This document shows, piece by piece, positions 1 through 13,113 of a stretch of 64,000 nt of DNA. The notes under the pieces are model-generated. The model did no database searches. It was not told the DNA's origin and saw nothing but the letters and a program-made list of their open reading frames with translations. Location: positions 20,832,001 through 20,896,000 of the forward strand of contig NC_087262.1 of assembly GCF_037042905.1 (NCBI RefSeq). Direction: 5' to 3'. The stretch comes from Lytechinus pictus. Its lineage: Eukaryota. Both the position numbers and the translations under genes were made by a program. Each line of letters begins with the position of its first letter. Within the stretch, counting starts at the first letter, position 1.

Positions 1-1728
1 TATTCCATTCCTTTTGAGCAGAGTCTATCTCATACAGCTACGCGCCTCTTGTTACTTAAAACATCACCAAAAGTTTTTGCTTGACATTTTGCTTGTTGAC
101 CATCCAACCTCAAGGCTTAAGAGCAGGAACCGAATTTTTTATATTTGTTATATAATTTAAAACAACCTGTTGCACCCTTTACTAGTATTCTGTTGTTTTT
201 TTGATGCGGTCGGCTAGCACATGTTGCATACGTATCTGTTTATATCTCTATTGCGTAAAAAAATGTATCAACATATTATTATCAGACAATGAGTTGAGTG
301 GTTTAAACACACAAAGCATAAGCAAGGGCTAACAGTCCACCTTTTCTCTATCTTATGTTTAGACTTTTTAAATCTCCTATGCTCGGTAATAACTTAGTGA
401 AGAGTTGAAGGCCTAAATGCGGTGATTGTTGAAGGCCATGATTTTTTGACAATCAGACACCAGTGACAAGGGAAACTCCCTGGTTTCCCTGGTGTGCACC
501 AGGATGTTTTTCACAATCAGTTATCATGGTACTGTCTTGTCTTAAATCACATGAGTGACTCCTATATTCATAAACTTTTTACTCCGAGTATGAGTGAATC
601 TAATTACCATGGACCTATCCATCCAAACAATAATACTAATAGCTAAATGTTTATTTGTATAATGTAAATACATGTACACGTTCGTGCATTAACATTAATT
701 CTCGGATCATCCCGAAGCAAAATTGTCCCTGGAGCTACATGCAGTTTGTACTTCTATGTTTTTCTGCTATTTGCCTTTTTTGTTTCTGGCAATACAGTAG
801 TGTTTCGCATTAAAATCAAATGTGCTCATTTCAGGCCTTTATCTCTCTACTCTACATTGCATGACCAGGCTCTACACTTTCCATCCAATCTTATATTACT
901 CGAAGCCTGTAATATATCAATGTAATTTATTATTGTAGATTGTATTACGTTTATCCACATTCTCCACTGGCTATCCATTCCTGCATTATTAAGCATGAAC
1001 AATTTATGTACAAAAAAAAAAAAATCCCTACTACAATTTTCAATCTGGCATTCAAGGGAAAACGGTTGGATGTTTCAAAATTCAAGTGCTTTTGCTCTTC
1101 TACATTATGTTTGAAAAATAATTTATTTAACCATGTCTATTTTTGGTTAGGTTCTTTTATATTGTATATGCATTTCTTTATAAAAAAAATCCTCAACCTG
1201 TTTAAGACATAAAAGGAACAATAGGATGTTCACATCCACTAGCATCGCAACAAGTCGGTTTTTATTGTGTCCGCACTCAATTCCACTCAAGCGTATACTG
1301 CGCGTCGTAAATCCAGACTTTGTTGCACGCAGCTATATACATGTATACGGTCTATCGTTTGTCTGTTATGTAAAAGTTTGAATCATTCTTCGAACTTAAA
1401 CGTGACTCTCGTTAAACATGTTAAATGCAGAGTCATCCTTGTTTGTTTTCTGTATATATACATATCACGACATGTATTCGTTCTAGACCAATAGACTATA
1501 TTGATCGATCTTTGCATACTTCTATCGATCACGCAGGTATAAATCCGACATTATGTTAAGTTTGCTATCATTACTATTTAGTTATCCTCATTTGATATTT
1601 TGATATGACCTTTAAAAAAATATATGTAACCTTCAGGAGAGACGGATACAGAATGAATATCTGTTGTCATTTTACTTCCTTTATTTTGCTTTCATACGTT
1701 CTGTTTATTTTTTGTTTTTTTACTTACC

Positions 1729-1785
<57 letters not shown>

Positions 1786-1815
1786 ATGTATATATGTGTA
1801 CATATACTAGTATAT
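1729..1815. repeat. (TA)n microsatellite
   Basis: Near-pure TATATA run with a few TG/TT interruptions; it produces the spurious YIYIYI ORF 1605-1844. Confidence 0.95.
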
Positions 1816-2135
1816 ATTCTCAATTACTCTTAGTACTTCACTAAGGAAGTTTATTTTGTTTTTGCTTCAGTGTTTTACATTTTCTCTAGTTTCAACACCA
1901 CCCCTTCATACTTTGCACTGCACAAGGTCATTACATTTTATATTAGTTTTTATTCTCCCTGTTTTTTTTTTCCTTATATTTCTTCTTCTATTTTGATTTT
2001 TCTGTTTTTACTACCCTTTCGTCAACACACACTTATTATTTCTTTCTTTCTTTTTTTCACACATACTCAGGAACAGGTATACAGCATAGTGCATTGTTTC
2101 ACCGAGGTTTACCACAAACCCTCTCTCCTCTGCTA

Positions 2136-5100
2136 ATGACTGATTTTACTAGGTTTCCATTTAGTTCTTTAAACAACGACGACTTGTTGTCTCTCTCGGC
2201 GCAACATGGCGCTACTCACACATTAGATAATCATAATTCCAATTACGATACACACATACGAAATTTGATGGACAATAATACAACCAATCTTAATTACAAC
2301 TTTGATGCAAATGATCAATTTGGACAACTCTCTACATCACATTATTTCACAGAACAACATTTCGAATCATCTATTACATCAGACAACACAAGCGAAAGTT
2401 TTTATCTTCTCCATTTAAATATTCGAAGTGCCAGTAAAAATTTTGATAAACTTAAATTATTCCTAGATAACAACCGGTTTCCAAAATCTTCATTTATTGG
2501 TTTAACTGAAACATGGTTCTCTGATAATCCATGTTCCCTCTTCACACTCCCTGATTTTGATTTAATTGTTAATAATAGAACGCAAAGACCTGGAGGTGGT
2601 GTCGCTCTGTACATACCACAACAATACGATTATACTCATATAGCTAATATAACCATATCAAACGACGTTTTAGAAACCCTGTTTGTTGAAGTCACAAACC
2701 CAAAAGGCAAAAACTTAATACTGGGTGTATTTTATAGACCTCCTCAATCAAATACCAATGCATTCTTAGAATCTCTCAATGAAATTTTATTAAATCCTGT
2801 TTTAAAAAATAAAGATTGTTTCTTCATGGGTGACTTCAATATCAACTTAGTAAATTGCAATTCTAACAGCACCTCTCAGGAGTTTCTTGAAATGTTTCTT
2901 TCCTATTCTTTTTTACCGCTTATCACTAAACCGACAAGAGTTACAAATAACTCGGCCACTTTAATTGACAACATTTTTAGCAATATAACTCAACAAATTC
3001 CCAAAGCCGGCGTTATCATTAGTGACATCACTGATCACTTTCCCATTTTTGCTAGGTTATCTACAAATAAAGCTATAATGAAAGAAACATTCAATACTCC
3101 ATTTAGAAAAATAACTGATGACAATATAAACAATCTAATTAATGACTTAAATACAACAGACTGGTCGAGTGTTTTTGAATCCACAGACGTTGATGACGCA
3201 TACAACTCCTTCATTTCCAAATTAACATCTTCTCTAGATACTCACGTTCCTTTTACTATCAACAGAAAATCAAATTATAAAAAGGTCCCACTCCACCCGT
3301 GGATTACTAAATCACTTTTGAGATCAATCAACCGAAAGAACAAATTATACTATAAATACATATCCAAACCAAGCGACAAATCCCGTTCTAAATATACATC
3401 ATATAAAAACACACTTACTTCTTTACTTCGTATTGCAAAAAAAGAATATTATACCTCCCAACTTGATTTGCACAAAAATGATATGAGGAATACTTGGAAA
3501 ATTATAAATGGCGCGTTAAACAAAAAGAATAAAAGTTCCACTATATCAAAAATAAAAACACACAACACAATCATCGATGACAATAACTTAATAGCAAATG
3601 AGTTTAATTCATATTTTTCCAATATTGGCAACAATCTGGCAAGCAAAATCCCATTAACACATAAATCATTTAACAGTTTTCTTAACAACCCAAACCCTAA
3701 CTCTATATTTTTTTATCCTACCAATACAGGAGAAATTATTAATATTGTTAACAATCTGCACTCTAAGAAGAGCCCAGGTTTCGATAGCATTCCTAACTTT
3801 CTACTCAAGAAAATTATTTTAACTATCGTCGATCCTTTGGTGCACATATTCAATATTTCTATGAACACAGGGAAAGTACCTAGTCTCATGAAAATAGCCA
3901 AAGTCATCCCTCTTTACAAAAAAGGCGACAATCAACTTGTTTCTAACTACCGCCCTATTTCATTACTCACCTCATTATCTAAAATTCTCGAAAAACTTAT
4001 ACATACACGTACAAGTACGTTTTTTGATAAACATAATATCTTTTCTAACTCACAATTTGGGTTTCGCAAAAATCATAGCACTTCACATGCAATTCTGTCT
4101 TTTATTGATAAAATCACTACTTCCATAGATAAAGGTTTTCATACTGTTGGTATTTTCCTGGACTTCTCCAAGGCCTTCGATACCATTAACCACGAAATAC
4201 TTCTTTATAAACTTTCTTTTTATGGTATTAGGGGGAAGGCCTTGGAGTGGTTCAGGAGTTACCTAACAGATAGGTCTCAATTCGTATCAGTTAACAACGA
4301 TACAGTACTTCTTCTACTCTTCCTATCACCTGTGGAGTACCTCAGGGTAGCTTACTTGGCCCTCTTCTTTTTATTACTTACATCAATGACATTAAAAAAA
4401 GTTCAAATTTACTAACATTCATACTGTTTGCAGACGACTCGAATATTTTCTTTTCTCATGATAACGCAAATCAACTTGTAAGAATTGTAAACTCTGAACT
4501 CATACATGTAACTGACTGGATTAAGGCGAATAAACTATCACTTAACCTACAAAAGACAAATTATATGCTTTTTAGTAACAAAACACATACATTACCTGAC
4601 AATCTCATTTTTGATAACACCGTTCTTGAAAATGTATCACAAACCAGATTCTTGGGTGTTACTATTGACAATAAGCTATCATGGAAACCACACATTGATA
4701 ATATATGCAAAACAATTTCAAGAAACATCGGAATTATTAACAAGCTCAAATATTTTCTTCCATCTCACACTTTACTTACATTATATCATACACTAATATT
4801 ACCATACATTAATTATGGCATTTTGGCATGGGGTTGTGCAATCCAAACACAATTACAAAGGATACTGTTGTTGCAGAAGAAGGCCCTTAGAATAATTTTT
4901 AAAACTCATTTCAGATCACACACAGATGTCCTTTTTTTCCAAAATAATATTCTTAAAGTGAATGATTTATATCTTTTCCAACTCGCCCAATTTATGTATA
5001 AACTAAATAAAAATGATCTCCCCACAATTTTTTCAAATATGTTTTGTAAAAACTCCTCCATACATGATTACCCAACGAGACAACGTAATTGTTATCATCT

Positions 5101-5275
5101 ACCCCCAACCCGTACTCTTTTAGCAAAAAACTCTTTCGTCTTTTTTGGACCAGTGTATTGGAATTCACTGCCCAATGACTTTAAAGAATCACCAAGCATT
5201 AACATTATCAAGCGCAAACTTAAAAATATGCTAATTTGTCAATACTCCACACCAACAAGTCAAGCTAATATATAA
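2136..5275 (+). pseudogene. LINE ORF2 (APE-RT) broken by a single frameshift at ~4301-4307
   Basis: ORF 2094-4415 loses RT similarity after SVNND. The alternate frame reads TSSTLPITCGVPQGSLLGPLLF...FADDSN and continues into ORF 4565-5275. Confidence 0.92.
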
Positions 5276-5640
5276 CTGTAACTAAACGTATTTACAACTA
5301 TCATTTAATTATCAACAAATTTGTCTAATATATGTTCTAAATAATGTCACTACAGTGTCCTATGACCTGTGCACCTGTCATGTTCCTCTTTTTATTTTCA
5401 GTTTTATTTGCACCACCCTTTTCTCCCCTCTCTTTCCTTTGCCTCCCTTTTCCACTCTTATAATTTCTATTAAAAATTTTATCATCATTATCGTTATCAC
5501 TCCAATTATTCAAATTACTTTCCACTTTTTGTTGTCGTTTATACGCTCTATTTTGGTATTTTGTAGATTATGTATTTTATTTTTGTTTTCCACCCGTCTC
5601 TTGTATATAGGTTATGTTAATTAGTATTGGAACTATGTTT

Positions 5641-5686
5641 AGGGACTTGCCTTATTTACAAGCTCTGCTTTTCTTGGCAAGTCCCT
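5641..5686 (+). other. 3'-UTR stem-loop of the LINE (likely RT recognition signal)
   Basis: AGGGACTTGCC (5641-5651) pairs with GGCAAGTCCCT (5676-5686), about 120 nt before the tail. Confidence 0.7.
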
Positions 5687-5849
5687 CCGTTCAGATAATG
5701 TTATCTTCAATATTTGTTATGAAATGTTATAGAACTGTATGTATTATTTTGAACATGTATTTACACTTTACTTTGATTATATCTTTTGTTTGAACGGAAA
5801 TAAATGAATAAATCTAAATCTAAAAATCATCAAATCGGGGATTTATTCA

Positions 5850-6060
5850 TAGTGTGGCAATAGCAGATCTTGGGTTCGAATCCAGCAAGATATTGATCCA
5901 TAACGTGCTGCACTCGACCCAGGTGAGGTTAATGGGTACTGGCAGGAAGTACTAGTAATTGCTCAAAAACTGACCACCGGATTGGTAGCCTAGCTAAGCA
6001 CCTTGGAGCAACTTGAGCACCTAACAAAATGGATATGTGGGCTATATCAATACCCACTAT
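5850..6060 (+). mobile_element. Decayed tRNA-derived SINE followed by an (ATT/ATC)n-rich tail
   Basis: B-box-like GGTTCGAATCC at ~5873, central GCTGCACTCGACCCAGGTG...AATGGGTAC motif typical of invertebrate SINE cores, and simple-repeat tail 6058-6165. Confidence 0.6.
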
Positions 6061-6318
6061 TGTTATTATTTTGTTATTACTGTTATTATTAGTAGTATTA
6101 TTATCATCGTCATATCATCTTCATTATTATCATCATCATCAAATATTAATTGTCATCATTATTGTTAGTGTTGCCCATAGATGTTAGTCTCTTATGAGGT
6201 ATGGAATCATGGGTATGGTGGTCTTGCTTCAGAGACTTTTCCACTGGACCGCAAACTTCTGTACAGTTGTGAACGTGAACATTCAAGGTAGCTGATATGC
6301 CTCCATATGAATATCAAT

Positions 6319-6856
6319 CCCGGGGGGGCCACTTACATTGACGAGTGGATACCATGCGCGACCAAAAAAACATGTAAAAAAGATGTCTTTTTCAAGATAG
6401 GGCATGTTACGTACGTAACGTAATAAGGGTGTCAAAAACACTAAAATAATGAAAAAAAGGGTATCTATTTCGTTAGGAAAGCTACATGTTTAGGGTCAAA
6501 TTTGCTAGGGTATAAAAAATCAAGACTAAAATGTTTTATAAAGGATGTACTTTTTGCCCCAGGAGTCAACACTACGTGTTTAGAGTACAATTTGCGCGAG
6601 TGGGGCTGTAGGTAAAGGTAAAACCGACGTCCGTGACATAACAATTTCACTGTACTTGTTTAGGGGTTCAATTCAGGGATAACTTGCCAATAGTATCGTT
6701 ATGTTTCCAATACTTGTTAAGGGTAGGGTTTCACACGTCAATACTTGTTAAGGGGTGCATTTTCAGAATATGGAAAATACGTGTTTAGGGTGCTTTTTGA
6801 GATCTCATGGTCGCGCATGGTATCCACTCGTGAATGGAAGTGCCCCCCCCCCCCGG
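6319..6856. mobile_element. Non-autonomous DNA transposon (MITE) with 8-bp TSD
   Basis: TIRs CCCGG(G)n-CCACTT.CATT.ACGAGTGGATACCATGCGCGACC at both ends; direct repeat ATATCAAT at 6311-6318 and 6857-6864. Confidence 0.9.
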
Positions 6857-8742
6857 ATATCAATGTTCCATGAAGTTAAAGTTTAATCTTTAATGGGGGG
6901 GGGGGGTCGTTGTGCGCCTGGAAACTTGAAGGATTGTCGGTATGGAGTTTCACACGATTATAAATTCAAGACACCCCTATCAAACAAAATTTGAAGGAGA
7001 TATAAGAGGCTCGGCATACAGCTTGGTAATTGGTCAGTCCTTTGCAAGTCTTGCAGACAGAACTGCTTTCTCCATTTACTCCCAATGCTCATAAGAATTT
7101 GCACACAATTGAAGTGAAGACATGCAAGACACATTGTCCAACTGCTTCAGGTCCTACCTTGCCATGGTAATGGGATATAAGAATAAATAAGGGAGAAATG
7201 CTTTACATACGTCACATAAGGCCGTCGTGATATGGCAGGGTATTCATCACATCCGTGATATATTCTTTCATGGCTTCACTTTTCGATAATTATGCTAACA
7301 ATTGAGATATTTAACTGTCACATTTCTAGTTTCTTCAAGGCATTGAAAATTTGTTCATGGCTTCACTTTTCGAGTTGCAAACACTGATATTAGTTGTAGA
7401 TGTCAATTTATCACTGCCATGGGTATGGGGCTTTTGCTAATGATGTTGCTAATGATGTCTCCAGTTGCACAGGCATAGTAACATTTTTCTGATGTCAATT
7501 ATTTTGTTCTTCAACAATACATGTATAAATAAAATTTGAATTGTTTTGAAGAGATTTCGGTAGAGCTCATGGGAAGTAGATTTCAATTTTAGTTAACTTT
7601 TTCAACTATTGTGGACCCATGGCCATACAAAATGAAATGAACTTACAGATGTTACCATTTCAAAAATAACCCTTAATTATTATGATTCAACTAATATCAA
7701 ATAGGGCAATCCGCATTAAAATATTTTAAAAGTAAGAAGTATGATATGATAATGTGTTATCAGTACGTCTAAAACTGCTTCAATTCTTAAATTACAATAG
7801 AGATCACTAAGTAAAACAAGATGCATTGTAAATACATATTCTTTGATGTATATATCATGAATTATGTGATTTTATGTACACAGTACAGAGAGATGTAATA
7901 TATTGAAGATTATATGTGTATGACATTTATTTGTCAATAATATATGAAAGATTATATGAAGCTTAAATGAAAATGTATATGGCTATGTTGCCCTTTGTTA
8001 TTTGTATTAAAATACGAAACTGGCTGAACCAAAAGAACTTTGTGTACTGTATCTTTTATAGGTTTTTATGTACATTTTTCTTCTCAACTTTTAGTTGATA
8101 AATTTTTGTCCCTGATGAAAAATGATTTTACAAATCATAAATAATGTGTGATAAATATGTACAATGAATATGTCAGAAGTTAATTGTAGTATCTGTAGTA
8201 GTATTCATAGTAGTAGCAGCAGCAGCAGTAGTGAAGTGATATTATTTTTATTTGGGAATTCCCTTCAATCTTCCTCTCATTTTCTGTTTCATTAAGAAAC
8301 TGAAGTATTGCCCTTTCTTGTCTTATATTGTAAGACTTCAAACGTATCAGAATACCACACCCATAATAGGCTTTATCGTCCAATTAAAGGAAGAGAGGAG
8401 AATTACAATTATTAATAAAACATTCAGGGACTTTTAAGTGATTAATTCGAAAATATATGTAATGGTAAAGGGAACAGGAAGCACAGGGTGCGCCTATGGA
8501 ATTAAGAGATTCGGTGGGTGCACCCGCACCTTCCGCCGCCCCGTGGATCCGCCCCTACACTTGCTGGGATTGTTTGTGACGTCTTGCAAAATTGCTGCTC
8601 AAGAAATTTTCTTTTGAAAACTTCTTTTCCTACTACCACAAACTACTGCTGCTGTTGATTTGGTATTGATGATAGTAATAACAATGATAACATATATAGA
8701 TATAAGCCTAATAATGATAATGTTAAAACTAGTAATGATGAC

Positions 8743-8980
8743 NNNNNNNNNNNNNNNNNNNNNNNNNNNNNNNNNNNNNNNNNNNNNNNNNNNNNNNNNN
8801 NNNNNNNNNNNNNNNNNNNNNNNNNNNNNNNNNNNNNNNNNNNNNNNNNNNNNNNNNNNNNNNNNNNNNNNNNNNNNNNNNNNNNNNNNNNNNNNNNNNN
8901 NNNNNNNNNNNNNNNNNNNNNNNNNNNNNNNNNNNNNNNNNNNNNNNNNNNNNNNNNNNNNNNNNNNNNNNNNNNNNNNN
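8743..8980. other. Assembly gap
   Basis: 238 N, flanked by simple repeats. Confidence 1.
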
Positions 8981-8998
8981 CATGTGAAATTGCTATAT

Positions 8999-9063
8999 AG
9001 ATTGATAGATTGATAGATAGATAGATATATAGGTAGGTAGGTAGATAGATAGATAGGTAGATA
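8999..9063 (+). repeat. (GATA/GGTA)n microsatellite
   Basis: AGAT and AGGT tetramer runs. Confidence 0.9.
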
Positions 9064-10290
9064 GTTAAATAACTGCATATTTAAACGCGGGGAGTTACTC
9101 CCTGGTAAAAGCATGACTCGGCAAAAAAAAATACAAACAGTCAAACAGGGAAGAACTTGACCTTTATATAAATTACAACCACAGACAGCACAATGCTTAT
9201 ACACCACCGAGAGAGGGCATGTGTTAATCCAGTTCACAAAGAACCATCAAGTCAACGACGACAACAAGCAGCTGGTTAGCTAATGACCTGTCCAGGGTTG
9301 TCACGCTTTCAAGCCTTGCCTTTGTGACGACCCTTGCAACCATTTTATTCATTGTGTAACCGAAAATACTTTTTAGATTGTTTATATATGATACATTTGA
9401 TGATGTACATACAAAATATTTGTTCATTATTTTTATGTCAAATTCAGGATATGTATTTTCTTTTCGAGATATTTGTTATGAAAAATGTTGCAAAACCAAT
9501 AATGGAGAGATCAATAAATGGAAATGGTATATTTCGTACGATCACCGTTAATAAAATCATCTTGGGCATGAACATGGCCCTGGAATGCGGGGGTGCTGAA
9601 ACACCCTCTAAGATTTTTCAGGGGCAGCTGCGTATGTTACTTGCCATAGGCAGCCCATCCCTGGGAAATGAAGTTGAGAAGCAAAAAAATAATAATAACA
9701 ATAAATAAATAAAAGGTTATTGACCCCAAAGTACTGAATGACTGAGGTTTCCAGAGCAATAACCCCTTTTTTTTGGGGGGGGGGGCTTGTCATTTTTTTC
9801 TAACGACCACCCCCCCCCCCACCTGAACAAAACCTTTAGCACCCCCTATTTAAAAAAAATAGGCCCTTGGCATGAAATTGTGCCATCTCTGAAAAATGTA
9901 TATAATTTTTCTCTTTAGATTTCTATATCTTCTGGTCAGCTTTCTTCCCCCCCCCCCCTCACGATTTCCTGACTTTCTTTAATGTTTGGGGTTTTATCTA
10001 TTAATTTTCCATTCTCTTGTATTATTTCTATATTTCATCTATATTTCATCCTCCCCTCGTTTTATTACTTCCCTTTTTTTATTCCTGTCAGCATTTCGCC
10101 ACCCTTCTCCATGAACAGAATGTTAACAACGAAGTTGATATAACCACCCCCATGATCTCTCTCTCTATCTCTATCTCTCCCTCCTTCCCTCCATCTCCCT
10201 CCTTCCACCTCTTTCTTTGTATCCATTTCTTATTTTCCTATCACCAAGTGCTCCATGCCTCGATCCCCAAATCTTTATGGAAACAAGAAG

Positions 10291-10317
10291 GGTGGGCGTG
10301 GCAGAAGTGGGCGTGGC
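10291..10317 (+). promoter_or_regulatory. Tandem GC/GT boxes (Sp/KLF-type) upstream of FUT11
   Basis: GTGGGCGTGGC occurs twice, ~600 bp before the FUT11 ATG, next to a CpG-richer stretch (10560-10870). Confidence 0.4.
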
Positions 10318-10926
10318 ATGCACTGCGATCCTTATCCTCTGGCCCTCATTCCCCGCTTGTTCCCATTTCTTGAAAACTTATCAGTTCGATACAAAGATGA
10401 ACGAGGTGTTACCGCATGGATTACTACTAAAATCATTTACAATACACCTTTGTTGATGATCTAAAGATCTAGAATCTAGATGATGGATACCCCAGGTGGA
10501 TAGGCCGATGTACAAGTTCATAATAATTCTTTTCATGATTTGCTTCCTCCCAAACACAATATCATTAGTAGTGGTGGAGATAACGTGGGAAGTTGCACGT
10601 TGACGATGGATTTGCACTTCCGTATTTTTCGTAAACAAAACGCAAGATAGGCTTTGTCTTTACTTTAGTGCTTATCTCATTTCCGCAACGAAAAAGCCCA
10701 TTCTTTTACGCTCTTATTTCGTGAAGACCCAAGCTCGAAATTAGTTTACTTCCGTCAATAATCCTTTAGTTACTAGCGAGTGGTCTCCTCGCCTCACACA
10801 GTTCACTCGTACTCGCCAACCCCAGCTCCGTCGCGTCGCCAACTGACGAGTTTCGTTGAGAATCCCGACCACTGTGGGGGTGATGCAGATTGTAATGTAA
10901 GCGAGTTCATTAAAAATCTTGCCAAA

Positions 10927-12503
10927 ATGGATTCAAGGGAAGCACTAGTAAGACAAAGAAAGAATGTCCAATCTGACAAGGGTAAGACGTCTGTTGATTC
11001 TCACCAAACTGAGCCAGCTAAAAAAGATCATGGGAAAGAAGACTTGATTCAAGATGATGATGCTGTCGATGGTGTAGATTGGAAATGTGGGATGGTAATT
11101 CTGCTTCTCGTATTTGCGATTGTGTTTTTAGGCAGCATGACTCTTGGATCTAGATTTGCCCTTCCAATCTCTCTATTTAGCAGAGCGAACGTGAATGATC
11201 AACCAATGGGACAAATGGAACAGAAATCAAATCCAATGTTTCGGGACCAAAAACCAAGTGAAAGTCGTTCGTTTCTTCAAGGTCATGATGATAGTCATGT
11301 CTGGGAAGCTAATGATGATGAAATCTCAATGGATGAAATTCTGGAGCATTCCAAAGATCAGAGGATAAATGGAAAGGCGAAATTGAAGGAAGATGTCCCG
11401 AAAATCGAGTTGGACAAACCCACAATTCTCTGGTGGACTGATTCTTTGTTTCCCCATGCTCATCGAGGTCACATCTCAGAAATTAACTGTGGAGAGCATA
11501 CTTGCCTGTCAACAAGTGATAAAAAGGTGTTACCAGACCCACTGACAAGAGGCATTTTATTCTATGGAACAGATTTCAGAACATATGAGGCGCCTCTCCC
11601 GAGAAAACCGTGGCATGAATGGGCACTCCTTCACGAAGAGTCGCCAATGAACAATTACGCCTTGGTTCATGGGATGAGACTTTTTAACCACACAGCAACT
11701 TTCAAAAGAATATCAGACTACCCGATCACAACGCATTCTCTTACAAATCTTGAATATTTAACTGAAAGAAAACCTGTTCCGATTGAAGTAAAGAACAGAT
11801 TACGAAAAAATAAATTTGCGCCAATTCTCTATGTGCAGTCTCATTGTGATGTGGCAGCAGACAGGGATAGATTTGTCAAGGAGCTTATGAAACATATCAA
11901 GGTTGATTCGTATGGTCAATGCTTGAACAACAAGAAGATTCCCGAACATCTGAGCGATCCTGTTGATTCAATGGAATCTGAACAGTTTTATGATTTCATC
12001 TCAAAATACAAATTCCACCTTGCTTTTGAAAATGCCATCTGCGATGACTACATCACCGAGAAGTTCTTTCGACCATTTCACGTCGGATCTGTGCCGATCT
12101 ACAAGGGGTCCCCTTCAGCCCAAGATTGGGCTCCAAGCAAGAAATCATTCATCAATGTTGACCAATTTGACTCCCCGGAGCAGCTTGCTTACTTCATCGA
12201 ACTCCTAGATACAAATGATGACATTTACTTAGATTATTTATCATTCAAGGAAAGAGGTATCACCAACAAGGCTCTGTTAGTTAACATGAACGATCGTGAC
12301 TTTGCAATCAATGAGTGGAATCGGCACAGCTTCATCTCAGGATTTGAGTGTCATGTTTGCAAGAAAATATCTGAGAGGTACAAAGCAGAGCTAGACCCTA
12401 GTCGGCCTGCCCCGGAGAAGAAGATGGGAGATAACTCTCACATGGGATGTCCTCCACCCGAGCCATCGGTCGGAGACATTGCAGATATACCTGCAATTGA
12501 TGG
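10927..12503 (+). CDS. FUT11: GT10 fucosyltransferase FUT11 (POFUT4)-like, coding exon 1
   Basis: Type II TM segment (GMVILLLVFAIVFLGSMTLG); motifs ILWWT, LFYGTDF, WALLHEESPMNN, YVQSHCDV..DRDR, YKFHLAFENAICDDYITEK; donor GG|GTAAGA at 12503/12504. The upstream GTG start at 10780 is unlikely to be used. Confidence 0.93.
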
Positions 12504-12794
12504 GTAAGAATGGAAGGAATAATGTACAATCTATATTGTGGAAAGAGGGAAGAGTTCCTTTTTTGACAGCCACCCAAAGTGAGAAATGTTATATTATGCA
12601 TTCAAATTTTGTATTAGGACCAAAGTTAGGGTTAGGGTTAGGTTTTGGGTGGCTGTTGCGAAAGGTACTCTTTGGGCCTGTGACACAATGCTAATCGATT
12701 GATCAAGCAATTAATCTGTTTGCTTGATTATACGTAATGATCAATGTGATCAAATATTAAAATCAGCCCTATAAATGATAAAGTGTTGAGCTTT

Positions 12795-12939
12795 GTGCAA
12801 CAGACCTCATGATTTCACAAAGATGAGTTGATTTCAATGTACCAGATCGAGATCTATGATGATATTGAAGCATTTAACCTTGATTTTAAAGACTCTCATG
12901 AAATAATTGTTTGCTGCAACTACTTTCTTTTACCTTTAA
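12795..12939 (-). mobile_element. Terminal fragment of a TTAA-targeting (Kolobok-like) MITE in the FUT11 intron
   Basis: Ends ...CTTTTACCT|TTAA; reverse-complement homologues at ~26451-26558 and ~32090-32197. Confidence 0.6.
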
Positions 12940-12965
12940 TTTACTTTTTTTATGATCATTTGCAG

Positions 12966-13113
12966 GATTCACAATTGGATACAAGACTATTGGGGAATGA
13001 GAGACCAGGTGGTGGCACTGGAGGAAATGATCAAAAATGGTGAAAAAGACTCATCAAAACTCTTTGAATTCATGGAGAAAATCTATTATGACAATGACAA
13101 CCATCAGCCTTGA
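12966..13113 (+). CDS. FUT11: FUT11-like, coding exon 2 (not in the ORF track)
   Basis: TGCAG acceptor; phase matches exon 1; reads GIHNWIQDYWGMRDQVVALEEMIKNGEKDSSKLFEFMEKIYYDNDNHQP*, matching the W.QDYW...MI.N.E C-terminus of FUT11. Total 574 aa. Confidence 0.9.

Larger units (their letters stand above)
2136..5826 (+). mobile_element. L2/CR1-group non-LTR retrotransposon (ORF2 + 3' UTR); 5' boundary undetermined
   Basis: APE endonuclease motifs (HLNIRS, LTETW, GGGVALYI, YRPP, GDFNI, LIDNIF, SDITDHFPI), RT motifs (NYRPISLL, QFGFR, FLDFSKAFDT, GVPQGS, FADD), 3' stem-loop at 5641-5686, then AATAAA and a short (AAATCT)n-like tail near 5800-5826. Confidence 0.92.

Noticed and set aside
1-2135. 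ORF1 or 5' end of the first LINE
   Set aside because: No recognisable ORF1 or TSD; may be inter-ORF spacer or unrelated DNA, undecidable at the window edge.
4290-4330. Programmed ribosomal frameshift in LINE ORF2
   Set aside because: No slippery heptamer; it falls inside the RT domain and is fully explained by a 5-nt footprint insertion.
8599-9237. ORFs spanning 8743-8980
   Set aside because: Open only because of the N gap and microsatellites.
6194-9359. Possible decayed secreted/GPI-anchored gene (hydrophobic start at 6194, Cys-containing patch ~7035-7165, hydrophobic C-terminus-like frame ending 9359)
   Set aside because: Frames are short and stop-interrupted, splice phases could not be reconciled, an assembly gap intervenes, and no family is recognisable.
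12623-12649. Interstitial telomere (TTAGGG) repeats
   Set aside because: Only 2-3 units, and a similar motif sits inside a dispersed repeat at ~39038; not evidence of chromosome fusion.
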